This document shows, piece by piece, positions 51,021-61,345 of a stretch of DNA of 64,000 nucleotides (its first letter is position 1; the number at the start of each line of letters is the position of its first letter). This stretch comes from Leptospira sp. (lineage in GTDB: Bacteria; Spirochaetota; Leptospiria; Leptospirales; Leptospiraceae): NCBI GenBank assembly GCA_034439575.1, contig JAWXAQ010000012.1, positions 143,815 through 207,814 of the forward strand. Direction: 5' to 3'. The position numbers and the translations under genes are program-made. The notes beneath the pieces are model-generated. The model searched no databases. It was given only the letters and a program-made list of their open reading frames with translations, and had not been told where the DNA came from.

Positions 51021-51467
51021 ATGTTAGAAAACCTTCTTTCCACAACGGATAGCGTTCTACCGCTGATTTTACGTCTTACCCTCGGAATCGTGATTTTTCC
51101 TCACGGAATGCAGAAACTGTTCGGTTGGTTTGGGGGATTTGGATTCAAAGGGACCTACGGATACTTTACGAAACAAGCAGGACTTCCAGGAATCATCGCA
51201 TTTCTTGTGATCATTGGAGAATCTTTTGGATCTGTTGCATTGATCCTAGGACTTCTCACAAAATTTTCTGCCATTTCAATCGGAATTATTATGTTAGGTG
51301 CTACACTCATGGTTCATAAACCTCATGGTTTCTTTATCAATTGGATGGGAGCGCAAAAAGGGGAAGGGATGGAATTTCACTTTCTTGCCATAGGATTGTC
51401 AATTGCACTTTGTGTATCTGGTGGTGGTGCTTATTCTATTGATTCATTTCTATTAACTTTGTTATAA
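51021..51467 (+). CDS. DoxX family membrane protein
   Basis: LILRLTLG, HGMQKLFGWFGG, GEGMEFH, GGGAYSID. Confidence 0.93.
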   Translation: MLENLLSTTDSVLPLILRLTLGIVIFPHGMQKLFGWFGGFGFKGTYGYFTKQAGLPGIIAFLVIIGESFGSVALILGLLTKFSAISIGIIMLGATLMVHKPHGFFINWMGAQKGEGMEFHFLAIGLSIALCVSGGGAYSIDSFLLTLL

Positions 51468-51480
51468 AATAATCGTTAGG

Positions 51481-51515
51481 TGATGGGGTCTGAATAAATT
51501 AATCAAACCTCATCA
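51481..51515 (+). terminator. Imperfect hairpin downstream of doxX
   Basis: TGATGGGGT.TGA...TCA.ACCTCATCA; poor U tract. Confidence 0.35.
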
Positions 51516-51564
51516 TTGGAAATTGAATTGACTCTTTAGAATTTTTAATTTCTTCTTTTTAGAA

Positions 51565-54027
51565 ATGCGGATCTTTAGAATACTTTTATTTTTTATCACG
51601 TTTCTTCTTCCGCTTCTATCCATCAATGCTGAAGTCAAAATCGACTTAACAAAAAATTGTGAGTCTGAAGAATGCAAACCTAGGATTTGGTTTCTCAATC
51701 ACTCATTCTCTGAAAGTTTTTTAAGTCAAAGTTTTAAGCCTGATGCAAATTGGAAGATCGCAGATTCATTCCCAATATGGCTGAACCAATATTTTCCCTC
51801 AGACAAAAGTATAGAACATTATAGTTTGTATTCAGAAGTTAAACTGCCTGCGGAACTTTTACAAGGAGAGAGGACTTTAGGAATTCGATTTGGAGAAATT
51901 GGTGAAGTATTTTCTGTTTATGTAAATGGAAATAAAATTTTAGAAGAAGGAGAAGTGAAAGGTGATGGGTTTATAAAAAGAAGGACTGTTCGTGGAGTTG
52001 TTTATCCACTTCCAAAAAGTTTACTTAAATCTTCAGAAAATCAAATCCTAATTCATATCATTGGCGATCCAAGATACAACCATACAGGGCTATACATTAC
52101 AAGAGGCTATACAATCGGATATTATGATTCTCTAAAGTATGAAGTTCAAGACAGAATTTCACTAGCTCTTATTTTGGTTTATATTGTCGTAGGATTTTAT
52201 CATTTGTTTTTATATTTGAAACGGAGAAAAGAAAAATATAATCTATTTTTTGGGATCTTTTCTGCTGGAGCCGGAATTTATTTTTTCACTCGTTCAAATG
52301 AAATTTTTGAATTAGGGATAGATTCAGAAATCACACAAAAACTGGAGTTAGTTGTTCTTTATTTGTTTTTTTCCTCCTTTTTTCAATTTTTTTCCTATTT
52401 TTATTTTAATAAAATCAGTAAATTCCAAAGGTATTTATCTTATTTTCATATTTTCATTGCTGTTCTGACAATCATTTCTCCGTTATATTTCTGTGAGGTG
52501 ATATTACGATTATGGCAAGGTGTGGCCTTCTTACTCGCACTGCCATCGATTATATTTTCATTGATTCTTGGGGTTCGGTTTAAAGCAAATTATTCTAGAA
52601 ATTTATTATTTGGCACGATTATCATGATTTTTTCAGCAGTCTTTGATATCTTGGATTCTTTAGTTTTTAATATGGGCATTGCCTTTTCTAAATATGCTTT
52701 TTTTATTTATATCATGGGCATAGCCACTGTACTTGCAGATAAGTTCAGTGAAATCCATCGCCAAACAGAGTTTTTAAATGTTACATTAGAAAGAAAAGTA
52801 AAGGAGCGTACGCAAGCTCTTTCTCAAAGTTTGGAAAGTGTGAAGGAATTAAAAAGCCAACAAGACGGTGATTATTTTTTGACGTCGCTTTTATTAAAAC
52901 CACTCGGTTCAAATTTATACCGAAGTAAAAATGTTAATGTACAATTTTATTTACAACAAAAGAAAAAATTCCAATTCAAACAATGGAATTCCGAAATCGG
53001 TGGTGACCTTTGTGTCACAAACACTCTTGTCTTAAAAAATAGAGAATACACTGTGTTTGTGAATGCAGATGCGATGGGTAAATCCATTCAAGGAGCTGGT
53101 GGAGTATTAGTCCTTGGTTCTGTATTTGCGGCCATCATTGAAAGAACAAAAATGACAAGCGATGCCTCTGATATATATCCTGAACGTTGGTTGAAAAATT
53201 CTTTTTTGGAATTGCAAAAGGTATTTGAAACTTTTGATGGGAGTATGCTCGTATCTCTTGTGTTAGGTCTTATCGAAGATGATTCAGGAAATGTTTATTA
53301 TATAAACGCTGAACATCCAAGTCTTGTATTGTATCGAGATGGAAAAGCATCATTTTTAGATAAAGAAATGCAATTAAGAAAATTGGGCATACGGATTCCG
53401 GAAGGTCATTTGAGTGTTAGAATCTTTCAATTAAAGAAACACGATGTATTGATTTCAGGATCCGACGGAAGGGATGATCTTCTCATTCCTATGCAAGGTG
53501 AGAATAAAAAAATTGTAAATGAAGACGAAACAAAATTTTTACACTTTGTTGAGCAAGGCAATAGCAATTTAAATGCCATCGCAGAACAAATCCAATCTTT
53601 TGGTGATCTCACAGATGATTTATCTATGTTAAGAATCGAATATCTTGCTGATCTGTCTGAAAAAATAGTACAAAAAGAACTTTGGGAAAATGCATATTCA
53701 TTTTTTAGAAAAAGAAAATTTATGGAAAGTTATGAATTATGTATGTTGCTGATCAAATACTTTCCTATGGAAAATAAAGCCTTGTTCTTGGCTTCGATGA
53801 ACAAACGTATGATTGGGGATGTACGTGATTCTGCCGACATGGCAGAAAGAGTTAGACTTCGTGAAACTGAAAATATAGAAACACTTTTAAAATTAGCGTT
53901 TACTCATTTGAAATTAAAAAACTATAAGCGAGTGAATGAACTACTTATCGACATTAGCCGAAAATCTCCCGCAAACTCTCGCCTTAAACAATTGCAAAAT
54001 TCACTAAAGAAAGTATTTGTAAATTAA
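51565..54027 (+). CDS. 7TM-DISM sensor with SpoIIE/PP2C phosphatase and C-terminal TPR-like region
   Basis: Signal peptide, sugar-binding-like domain (VYVNG), seven TM helices, QQDGDYFLTS, IGGD, DAMGKS, NAEHP, SDG, TDDLS. Confidence 0.9.
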   Translation: MRIFRILLFFITFLLPLLSINAEVKIDLTKNCESEECKPRIWFLNHSFSESFLSQSFKPDANWKIADSFPIWLNQYFPSDKSIEHYSLYSEVKLPAELLQGERTLGIRFGEIGEVFSVYVNGNKILEEGEVKGDGFIKRRTVRGVVYPLPKSLLKSSENQILIHIIGDPRYNHTGLYITRGYTIGYYDSLKYEVQDRISLALILVYIVVGFYHLFLYLKRRKEKYNLFFGIFSAGAGIYFFTRSNEIFELGIDSEITQKLELVVLYLFFSSFFQFFSYFYFNKISKFQRYLSYFHIFIAVLTIISPLYFCEVILRLWQGVAFLLALPSIIFSLILGVRFKANYSRNLLFGTIIMIFSAVFDILDSLVFNMGIAFSKYAFFIYIMGIATVLADKFSEIHRQTEFLNVTLERKVKERTQALSQSLESVKELKSQQDGDYFLTSLLLKPLGSNLYRSKNVNVQFYLQQKKKFQFKQWNSEIGGDLCVTNTLVLKNREYTVFVNADAMGKSIQGAGGVLVLGSVFAAIIERTKMTSDASDIYPERWLKNSFLELQKVFETFDGSMLVSLVLGLIEDDSGNVYYINAEHPSLVLYRDGKASFLDKEMQLRKLGIRIPEGHLSVRIFQLKKHDVLISGSDGRDDLLIPMQGENKKIVNEDETKFLHFVEQGNSNLNAIAEQIQSFGDLTDDLSMLRIEYLADLSEKIVQKELWENAYSFFRKRKFMESYELCMLLIKYFPMENKALFLASMNKRMIGDVRDSADMAERVRLRETENIETLLKLAFTHLKLKNYKRVNELLIDISRKSPANSRLKQLQNSLKKVFVN

Positions 54028-54040
54028 GAATAGAAATAGA

Positions 54041-55045
54041 TTAATCTAAGTTAATATATTCTTCAGGATCTAGAGGAGAATCAAGTCCTACACGGACTTC
54101 GTAATGAACATGGGCTCCCGTTGCTTTACCTGTTTGGCCAACAAGTGCAATTTTATCACCACGTTTGATACGATCCCCAGGAACAACTAACACTTGTGAG
54201 CAGTGTCCATACAAAGTAAAAAATCCATTTTCATGATTGATACGAACTGATCTACCTAAACCACCGGATGCCGCGTCCACATCAGCAATCACACCAGGGC
54301 CTGTAGCATAGATGGGGGTTCCTTCGCCTGCGGCAAAGTCAATGCCTGAATGGTATTCTCCCACGGGAAGGATTCCAAAAGGATCACTTCTATATCCAAA
54401 AGTAGAAGTGACTACACCTACACCAGGTTTAAGCGGTCTTCCCCTTGGCATGGAATAAAAAATACTCTCCCTCATGGAAAGATAATCTATTGCGTTTTGG
54501 AAGTTAGGAACTAAATTTCCTAACCTAACGCTAAATTCTGCGTAGGTGGTGACAACTTGTTTGAATAAATTTAAGTTTGATTCGAGTTCGACATCATCAC
54601 GAGTGAATTCTTCTTTTAAAAGATAGTCTTGTGTGATCATTTCTTTTTCAGGGATTTGATCCCAAGCAAGAATGTTCAATGACTCAGTCGAAGACTCCAG
54701 ATCTTTTACGGATTCTGTTAGGTCATTGGAGAGTAAGTCGTAGAATAAAAATGAAATGAGTTGTGTTTCTGTGCGTTTTTCCAAAGACAGATTTGGTTCA
54801 AAGAAAAAAGAAAAATAGACTAAAAAAGAGAGGGATAAGGCGACTAAGGACGCGGCAATTCCCGAAAGAAAGACGAGCATTCCCACAGAAATTTCGATTT
54901 GGAGGAGGGCTTTTTCGTTATTTGGGATCAGTACAAAGCTGACCTTATTTTTTCCAGCCTCTAAAAGCCCTAGAAATCGCCTTTTCCAGCGAAGTAGGGT
55001 GATTAAAAGCCTTTCATAGGCGGTTGTTGCGTAAGTTTCTTCCAA
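54041..55045 (-). CDS. M23 family metallopeptidase
   Basis: [16 protein letters not shown] (HxxxD), [18 protein letters not shown] (HxH); N-terminal TM helix. Confidence 0.93.
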   Translation of the reverse strand: MEETYATTAYERLLITLLRWKRRFLGLLEAGKNKVSFVLIPNNEKALLQIEISVGMLVFLSGIAASLVALSLSFLVYFSFFFEPNLSLEKRTETQLISFLFYDLLSNDLTESVKDLESSTESLNILAWDQIPEKEMITQDYLLKEEFTRDDVELESNLNLFKQVVTTYAEFSVRLGNLVPNFQNAIDYLSMRESIFYSMPRGRPLKPGVGVVTSTFGYRSDPFGILPVGEYHSGIDFAAGEGTPIYATGPGVIADVDAASGGLGRSVRINHENGFFTLYGHCSQVLVVPGDRIKRGDKIALVGQTGKATGAHVHYEVRVGLDSPLDPEEYINLD

Positions 55046-55110
55046 TGCAGTCTAAATGCCAATTTTTACTTGCCCATGCCTTTTTTTGGGGGAAAGTGGA
55101 CGAATCGAAT

Positions 55111-56676
55111 ATGTTTAAATTTCTCACTTCTCTTTTCCGAAAGAAAGCCGACACTGTCGATTCCTTTTTGATGTATCCCGAGGGAAAGAGATACTACAGA
55201 GAGACCCATTCCATACGCCGTACGAACATTGATGAAGATGCGATCAAAATCATCAACCGTTTGAACAAGTTTCGCTACAAGGCTTACCTTGTAGGCGGTG
55301 GCGTTCGGGATCTCTTGATGGGTAAACGACCTAAAGATTTTGATATCGTTACCAGTGCTACACCAAACCAGATCAAAAGAGTCTTCAACAATTGCCGAAT
55401 CATTGGCAAAAGATTTAAAATTGTACATATCATTTTTAAAGGAAAGATCATTGAGGTTTCCACCTTTCGCTCACTCCCCGAGCATAGGTTAGAGAAACAT
55501 AAGGCTGATAACGATTACCTAATCAAAAGAGACAATTCCTTCGGGACAGCAAAGGAAGACGCGGCCAGACGCGACTTTACTATCAATTCATTGTTCTACG
55601 ATCCAAAAAACGATTCTATTTTAGATTACGTTGGCGGATTTGATGACATACAAAAAAAGATCGTCCGAGTCATCGGGGATCCTGACATCTCCTTCAAAGA
55701 AGATCCTGTCCGTATGCTAAGAGCTGTTAAGTTCTCTGTTTTGCTCGGACTTGATATCGAGAAGAAGACGAAACTTGCGATCAAAAAAAACCGATTAGAA
55801 ATTGAAAAATCTTCTTCGGCACGACTACTTGAAGAATACAATAAAATGTTTCGTACTTGGAAAACATCTCAGATTTTTCAAGGACTGGCAGAAAATCATT
55901 TATTTGAAGTTCTATTCAAAGATGTTGTCGATCGTTTGAAAAAATCTGATCCAGAATGGAGAGAACATTTTCTAGATACTCCACTTGGCAAAAGATTGAA
56001 CATCACAGATAAGTTACTCGCTGCTCGCGAAGAGATGACTCCTGCGATTTTTTATGCGCTTATTTTTTATGATTTAGTAAGTGACGTATTACATTCCGAT
56101 CAGGGACATCTAGCACATAACATCAAAGAGGCGCTAATGCCTGCTTTTGAACGTATGGGCATTCCAAAACGAGAACAAGAAAATCTGATGAAGGTTTTTA
56201 TCAGCCAACCAAGATTTCTTGTGACAGACGACGAAAGAGAAAGGCAAAATACTTTTTTCAAAAAGAAAGATTATTTTTACGACGCCTTTATGGTGTATAA
56301 GATTGTTTCGATTGCTGAGAATAATGATGCAGCCGTCCAATCAGCCTTCTTTTGGGAAATCTCACTAAGACAGAGACCCAAAGCTGACTCTCATCAGTTT
56401 GGCCAACAACAAGGGAACAAAAAAGAGAAACGTCGTCCTCCGCGTAAAAAACAAAGAGGCAGGGGCCCACACCCGAACCGTGAAGCAAAAGATGGAAACG
56501 AAGAATTAAATGCATCTGATGTGGAAGGAAATTCGGAACAGAACCTTGAGCCAAAAGCTAAGGAAGATCGTCCTCACAAAAGGTATGAAGGAAGAGATCG
56601 AGACCAAAATCGACCTCCAAGACCACCGAGGGAACCAAGACCTCCGAAAGATAACGAAGGTAAGGAAGAAGAATAA
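55111..56676 (+). CDS. pcnB: Poly(A) polymerase I with disordered R/P/E-rich tail
   Basis: VGGGVRD, DFD, PAP-specific [11 protein letters not shown] signature, [16 protein letters not shown]; start reset to ATG 55111. Confidence 0.92.
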   Translation: MFKFLTSLFRKKADTVDSFLMYPEGKRYYRETHSIRRTNIDEDAIKIINRLNKFRYKAYLVGGGVRDLLMGKRPKDFDIVTSATPNQIKRVFNNCRIIGKRFKIVHIIFKGKIIEVSTFRSLPEHRLEKHKADNDYLIKRDNSFGTAKEDAARRDFTINSLFYDPKNDSILDYVGGFDDIQKKIVRVIGDPDISFKEDPVRMLRAVKFSVLLGLDIEKKTKLAIKKNRLEIEKSSSARLLEEYNKMFRTWKTSQIFQGLAENHLFEVLFKDVVDRLKKSDPEWREHFLDTPLGKRLNITDKLLAAREEMTPAIFYALIFYDLVSDVLHSDQGHLAHNIKEALMPAFERMGIPKREQENLMKVFISQPRFLVTDDERERQNTFFKKKDYFYDAFMVYKIVSIAENNDAAVQSAFFWEISLRQRPKADSHQFGQQQGNKKEKRRPPRKKQRGRGPHPNREAKDGNEELNASDVEGNSEQNLEPKAKEDRPHKRYEGRDRDQNRPPRPPREPRPPKDNEGKEEE

Positions 56677-56688
56677 ATCCTTAATTTG

Positions 56689-56723
56689 AAAAGGGTAAAT
56701 GCTATTGGTATTTACCCTTTTTT
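56689..56723. terminator. Bidirectional intrinsic terminator
   Basis: AAAAGGGTAAATGCT-ATT-GGTATTTACCCTTTTTT between convergent pcnB and tpm. Confidence 0.88.
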
Positions 56724-57357
56724 ATTTCTTTAATAACCAAACATTTTCAATCGCAGAATGTTTTTTTAATCCGCCTGGCACGGGCTCACTGGCAAGCAAA
56801 TTTAGTATGTATTTAGATTCGTAGTGTTCTCTCACCTCATCGTTGCTAATGGAGAAGGGAGGACCGTCCATTTTACTTTGGTCGTATTGGTAACAAATTA
56901 ATAATTGCGCGGCATTTTCTGTCAGAGTCGTCAAATGTTTTGTATATTGATTTCTCATTTCTTTGGGGAGAGCCACTAAAGCGGCCCTGTCATAAATCGC
57001 ATCCACAGATCCAAGTATTGCCTTTGTTAGATGAAATAAATCACCTACAAAAATATCTATAGACTCCGCACTATAATGTTCCAAACCTTCATCAAGTTTT
57101 TTGATATTTGGCTTCTCACCTAATCCTTGAAATAAATGGTCAATGGCGATTTTACTCAATTCGGCACCGACTACTTGGTAACCTTCGGATAGGAACCAAG
57201 CAATATCTAGAGATTTTCCACATAATGGTATAAAAATTCGTTTTCCATTCTCTAAGTCGAGTGAGGGAAAATATTTTATTAGTAAGGGATTTGTTTGTTT
57301 TTCATGAAATGCAATTTCATGATTCTCCCAACGTTTGTGCCAAAAACTTGCTTCCAT
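56722..57357 (-). CDS. tpm: Thiopurine S-methyltransferase
   Basis: FWHKRW...IAFH, IPLCGKSLD, GAELS, YDRAALVALP, GPPFS; AGGAG SD. Confidence 0.93.
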   Translation of the reverse strand: MEASFWHKRWENHEIAFHEKQTNPLLIKYFPSLDLENGKRIFIPLCGKSLDIAWFLSEGYQVVGAELSKIAIDHLFQGLGEKPNIKKLDEGLEHYSAESIDIFVGDLFHLTKAILGSVDAIYDRAALVALPKEMRNQYTKHLTTLTENAAQLLICYQYDQSKMDGPPFSISNDEVREHYESKYILNLLASEPVPGGLKKHSAIENVWLLKK

Positions 57358-57434
57358 TAAAATCTCCTATTGAATTTAAAATTCCATTTATGGATACTCT
57401 TTCGCATTATATAGCAGTGGATACTAAATCGCCT

Positions 57435-58082
57435 CTAAGGTTTGACTTCCAGAATTTGGTAATAATAACCGAATGGAGCATTAAACATAGACGCAGTACA
57501 TGAAGAAACGACCACTATCCATTTCGAAGATGTTAGATTTGATACCAGTAGAGGCACTATATAATTTTTTAAATTTTTGTGACGATTCTTCACTAGTTCT
57601 TTGTTTTTTTCTGATTCAGGATCCTGGTTCCAAATTACTTTATTGGCCGTTCTCGTATCAGTTTCAAATTCATAAAAAGAATTCTTCTGACTAAAAAAAC
57701 TTTGAAATGGATCTCCAGCACCATTGAAACATAAATATCCCAAATGTTTATTACTCGATATCGAAATTGAATTTTCTAAAAGCGGACTTGCTGACATAGT
57801 TGATTCGCTTACGGTTATTTCATAAATCAAATTATTTGATAATTCTGTATAACAGACTTTTGAACTTTCCAGAATTACCCTTTGAGGATCCGAACAACGT
57901 AGAGGAAAACTGATCGCATTTCTAGTCCAAGCCACAGAGTCCGGATCTTCTTCATATTTACACTTTTGGTCTTTAATTACGGAACCTGCCGATCGACAAT
58001 AGATCGTATTTCCTGGATCAGAACCATCGCTATAACAAACAATTGTTGAAGCAATAGTTGCTATAAAAAAAATATATTTCAA
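57435..58082 (-). CDS. Hypothetical exported, Cys-containing protein (possible lipoprotein)
   Basis: GAGG SD, TTG start, hydrophobic N-terminus ending TIVC; no family recognised. Confidence 0.7.
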   Translation of the reverse strand: MKYIFFIATIASTIVCYSDGSDPGNTIYCRSAGSVIKDQKCKYEEDPDSVAWTRNAISFPLRCSDPQRVILESSKVCYTELSNNLIYEITVSESTMSASPLLENSISISSNKHLGYLCFNGAGDPFQSFFSQKNSFYEFETDTRTANKVIWNQDPESEKNKELVKNRHKNLKNYIVPLLVSNLTSSKWIVVVSSCTASMFNAPFGYYYQILEVKP

Positions 58083-58211
58083 GATGCAACCTCAGGGTTT
58101 TAATAAGAATTAAAATGTCTATTTTATAGAATTATCTCGCGGGTGAATGTCAAAAATAATAATTTACATATCGTCTAGTAAATTTGTATTCTTTTAAGTT
58201 TTATTATCCTC

Positions 58212-59126
58212 TCAAAAATGCGTATAACCTATCTTTTGTGGAATATAATTATTTCCATTCAGTAGAAAAGTTACAGGCCGTAACGGTTTTTTCTTCGTCC
58301 CGATTTTTTTAAATGTTCCAATTCTCGTAATTTTAACATTACCTAATTTGGATGGCAATTTGGCATCACTAAAGAATAACAATTCTAGTTCTTCACCAGA
58401 ACCAAGCACCTCATCCCAACCTAAGTGTTGGTAGGCGAGTTTTGAAATTGGTAGGGACTCCATCATTATTTCAATTTGTCCATTGGACGCGATCGCTAAA
58501 CGTTCGCTATCCTGGATCAGTCCATCAGTTAAATCCATACATGCATGGATAGGATAATTCGAAAGAAAGGGAAGTAAGAGTGCCCTTGAACGTGGTGTTA
58601 GGTGTTTTTTTATGGATGCGGAAAATTTAGAATTCCTTTTTTTACCTTTCAGGCATTGTAGCCCAAGTTCTGAATCCCCGATAGATCCAGTAATATATAA
58701 ATAGTCCCCATCCAGAGCACCAGATCTAGTCCAAGGTTGGTTTGTTTTTCCAAAAGCCGTTAGTGTTAGGTGGGTATTTTTGGAGTAAAAAGTATCACCG
58801 CCCACCAATTGCATCTTGTGAAATTTTAAACGATTGCGAAAGGCTTGGCTAAATTCTTTGACCCAAATATCTTTCTTTGAAACTTCTGAAAGGCCAAGAT
58901 TCAAAAAACAAATTGTTGGGATTCCCCCAGAGGCGGTAATGTCAGAAACATTCACTTCAATCAGTTTTTCGGCCAATTGTTTGGCGTTTGACCAATTGTG
59001 TAGAAAATGAGTTCCTTCCACTAGTGAATCTGTCGTGACTAGGATATCTGGTGGGAGAAAATGACAGTCATCGTCTGGTAGCAAATGGCCTGCAAAGAGA
59101 CTTTTGATGACTTCCGATTCTTTCAA
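58212..59126 (-). CDS. thiL: Thiamine-phosphate kinase
   Basis: DDC, TTDSLVEGTHF, VNVSDITASGG, LVGGDT, ITGSIG, MDLTDGL, GEELEL. Confidence 0.93.
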   Translation of the reverse strand: MKESEVIKSLFAGHLLPDDDCHFLPPDILVTTDSLVEGTHFLHNWSNAKQLAEKLIEVNVSDITASGGIPTICFLNLGLSEVSKKDIWVKEFSQAFRNRLKFHKMQLVGGDTFYSKNTHLTLTAFGKTNQPWTRSGALDGDYLYITGSIGDSELGLQCLKGKKRNSKFSASIKKHLTPRSRALLLPFLSNYPIHACMDLTDGLIQDSERLAIASNGQIEIMMESLPISKLAYQHLGWDEVLGSGEELELLFFSDAKLPSKLGNVKITRIGTFKKIGTKKKPLRPVTFLLNGNNYIPQKIGYTHF

Positions 59127-59200
59127 AGTAAGTCCAATAAATTTGTTTGACCTGCCGTGAAAACCGAAAATCCTGGCTTAAAAGAGGAATTCTCGTACCT

Positions 59201-59653
59201 ATGGAACTATTGTCTAAACCACATAAGACCCCTTCCTTGAAGAAAGAAGAAACACAAAAACAGTGGTATATTGTGGATGCAAATGAAAAGACGCTCGGTC
59301 GTCTAGCAAGCCAAGTGGCTTCTCGCCTTCGCGGAAAACACAAACCCACTTTTACTCCGAACCAAGATTGCGGAGATAATATCATCATCATCAATGCTTC
59401 AAAAGTAAGCGTTACTGGAAGAAAGAGAGAGCAAAAAATATATTACCACCACTCACGTTACCCAGGTGGTATGTCAGCTATCCCTTTCCATAAACTCATT
59501 GTTGAGAATCCAGAAAGAGTTTTAATGGAAGCTGTAAAAGGCATGTTACCAAAATCAAAACTTGGTGACCAAATGTTGCGCAATTGCAGAGTATTTGCAG
59601 GCGCTGAACACGACTTAGGCGCACAAAAGCCTCTCAAACTGGAGTTAAAATAA
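59201..59653 (+). CDS. rplM: 50S ribosomal protein L13
   Basis: [41 protein letters not shown] at 59201. Confidence 0.97.
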   Translation: MELLSKPHKTPSLKKEETQKQWYIVDANEKTLGRLASQVASRLRGKHKPTFTPNQDCGDNIIIINASKVSVTGRKREQKIYYHHSRYPGGMSAIPFHKLIVENPERVLMEAVKGMLPKSKLGDQMLRNCRVFAGAEHDLGAQKPLKLELK

Positions 59654-59658
59654 TTATT

Positions 59659-60054
59659 ATGGCACAAAAAGCAATTTGGGCAGTTGGTCGTCGTAAAACT
59701 TCTGTTGCACGTGCAAGAATTTCCTCGGGCACAGGCAAAATTACAGTAAACCACAAAGATGTAAATGATTACATCCGCAATGGAGAGCATTTAGTAAGAA
59801 GAGCACTTGAACCGCTTTTTACCTTGGATGCGCGCGATAAATTTGATATACTTTTAAATGTAAGTGGTGGCGGTATTGTTGGCCAAGTGGGAGCGATACG
59901 TCATGCTGTTTCTCGGGCACTTGTTGCTTTTAACGAAGCAGTGAAACCAGCACTCAAAAAAGAAGGATTTTTGACACGAGACAATCGTATGGTGGAACGT
60001 AAAAAATACGGTAAACACAAAGCGAGACGCGGGACTCAGTTCTCGAAACGTTAA
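59659..60054 (+). CDS. rpsI: 30S ribosomal protein S9
   Basis: [35 protein letters not shown]. Confidence 0.98.
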   Translation: MAQKAIWAVGRRKTSVARARISSGTGKITVNHKDVNDYIRNGEHLVRRALEPLFTLDARDKFDILLNVSGGGIVGQVGAIRHAVSRALVAFNEAVKPALKKEGFLTRDNRMVERKKYGKHKARRGTQFSKR

Positions 60055-60079
60055 TTTCCAGATTCCTCTTTTTTACTTG

Positions 60080-60109
60080 AAAAAGCCTCACTTCAGAGGC
60101 TTTTTTTTT
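60080..60109 (+). terminator. Intrinsic terminator after rpsI
   Basis: AAAAAGCCTC-ACTTCA-GAGGC-TTTTTTTTT. Confidence 0.92.
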
Positions 60110-60120
60110 ATCTAAACCCT

Positions 60121-61296
60121 ATGGCAGCAAAAATGAACTTACTTCTCTTTTATATGGCCTTTGCCCTTGGAACCATTGCTGGCAGTAGTTTTCTCTATTC
60201 GATTGTGATTTTCAGTCAGACTATGGATGCAGGAAAAGGATTTTCAGGTCTAGTTTTCCTTTTTCTATTTTTGCCCTTTCCTTTAATCTTTCTCTATACT
60301 GGTTACCTTTTGGATCGTTACTCCAAAAAATGGATTCTGCTTAGTTTCCAATGTTTGCATTTTTTAGCCTGTTTTTCCTTGTTCTATTTTCATACTGAGA
60401 TTTTAGTTTTTCCTTATTTGTTAATACTTGTGGCCATTACAAACGGTATGGGTATGACAACGGTTCTACCTGGTCGAATGGCGATACTTAAGGACATTGC
60501 ACCAACTCACCGCGTCGTCTTTCATACCATCGTCGGCAATTTACTGTTAATCTTTTGTTTTGGAATGAGTCCCTTACTTGTTGGGGCTTTGAAAGAGACT
60601 TATAGCTTTCAGGAGATCTTTTTATTTTTGGCATTATCTCATGCTATCAGTATCTTTTTGACTACTATGTTAAATGTAGAAAAACATATAACGGATGTAA
60701 AGCGGTGGAATTATTCAGAGGTTTTATACTTCTTACAAAAGGATAAAATTTCCAGACAGGTTTTGTATGTAACGATTTTAAGTATGTTAGCATTAGGTCC
60801 AGTGCAAGTGATATTGCCAAAGTACATTCGAGATGTACTTGGCCTTGGGGAACTGGCACGGGGAGCTGTGCTTGTGGCACTTGGGCCTGGACTTTTTTTT
60901 GGGGGAATGCTTACTGTATTTTTTCACCATTTGGAGCGCAAAGGTCTTTTGCTTCTTGTGATGCTCATTATTTCTTCGGTCCTCTTTTTGGGCTTCGTTC
61001 CATTCTATCATTCCTTCGTGACTTCGATTTTTTTATTTCTTTTTGGGATCTCGGGTGGTGTACTTTCTAGTTTGCTTCCCGCTATTTTGCAAAAACGTTC
61101 TGACGATAAAATCAGAGGGAGATTACTTTCCCTCTATACCGTTTGTTTCCAATTTACACCGGCAGTATCGGGATTTATCTCCGCATTTTTAGGAGATTTT
61201 ATCGGGATTGTGCCTGCGTTTTTATGGCTCGGGAGTCTAGTTTTTTTAGCTTCTCTTGGTTCTTATTTCACTTATTCCGAATTACGGGAGACTTAA
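60121..61296 (+). CDS. MFS transporter
   Basis: Motif A GYLLDRYSKK, about 12 TM helices, IRGRLLS. Confidence 0.9.
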   Translation: MAAKMNLLLFYMAFALGTIAGSSFLYSIVIFSQTMDAGKGFSGLVFLFLFLPFPLIFLYTGYLLDRYSKKWILLSFQCLHFLACFSLFYFHTEILVFPYLLILVAITNGMGMTTVLPGRMAILKDIAPTHRVVFHTIVGNLLLIFCFGMSPLLVGALKETYSFQEIFLFLALSHAISIFLTTMLNVEKHITDVKRWNYSEVLYFLQKDKISRQVLYVTILSMLALGPVQVILPKYIRDVLGLGELARGAVLVALGPGLFFGGMLTVFFHHLERKGLLLLVMLIISSVLFLGFVPFYHSFVTSIFLFLFGISGGVLSSLLPAILQKRSDDKIRGRLLSLYTVCFQFTPAVSGFISAFLGDFIGIVPAFLWLGSLVFLASLGSYFTYSELRET

Positions 61297-61345
61297 ATTC
61301 TAAATTCCTTGCTATCCAAGCCAAAACCGAAATTGCTGTAAGTGT

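Noticed and set aside
55024-56676. CCA-adding enzyme, and the longer start at 55024
   Set aside because: The [11 protein letters not shown] signature indicates poly(A) polymerase; the 55024 start overlaps the divergent M23 gene
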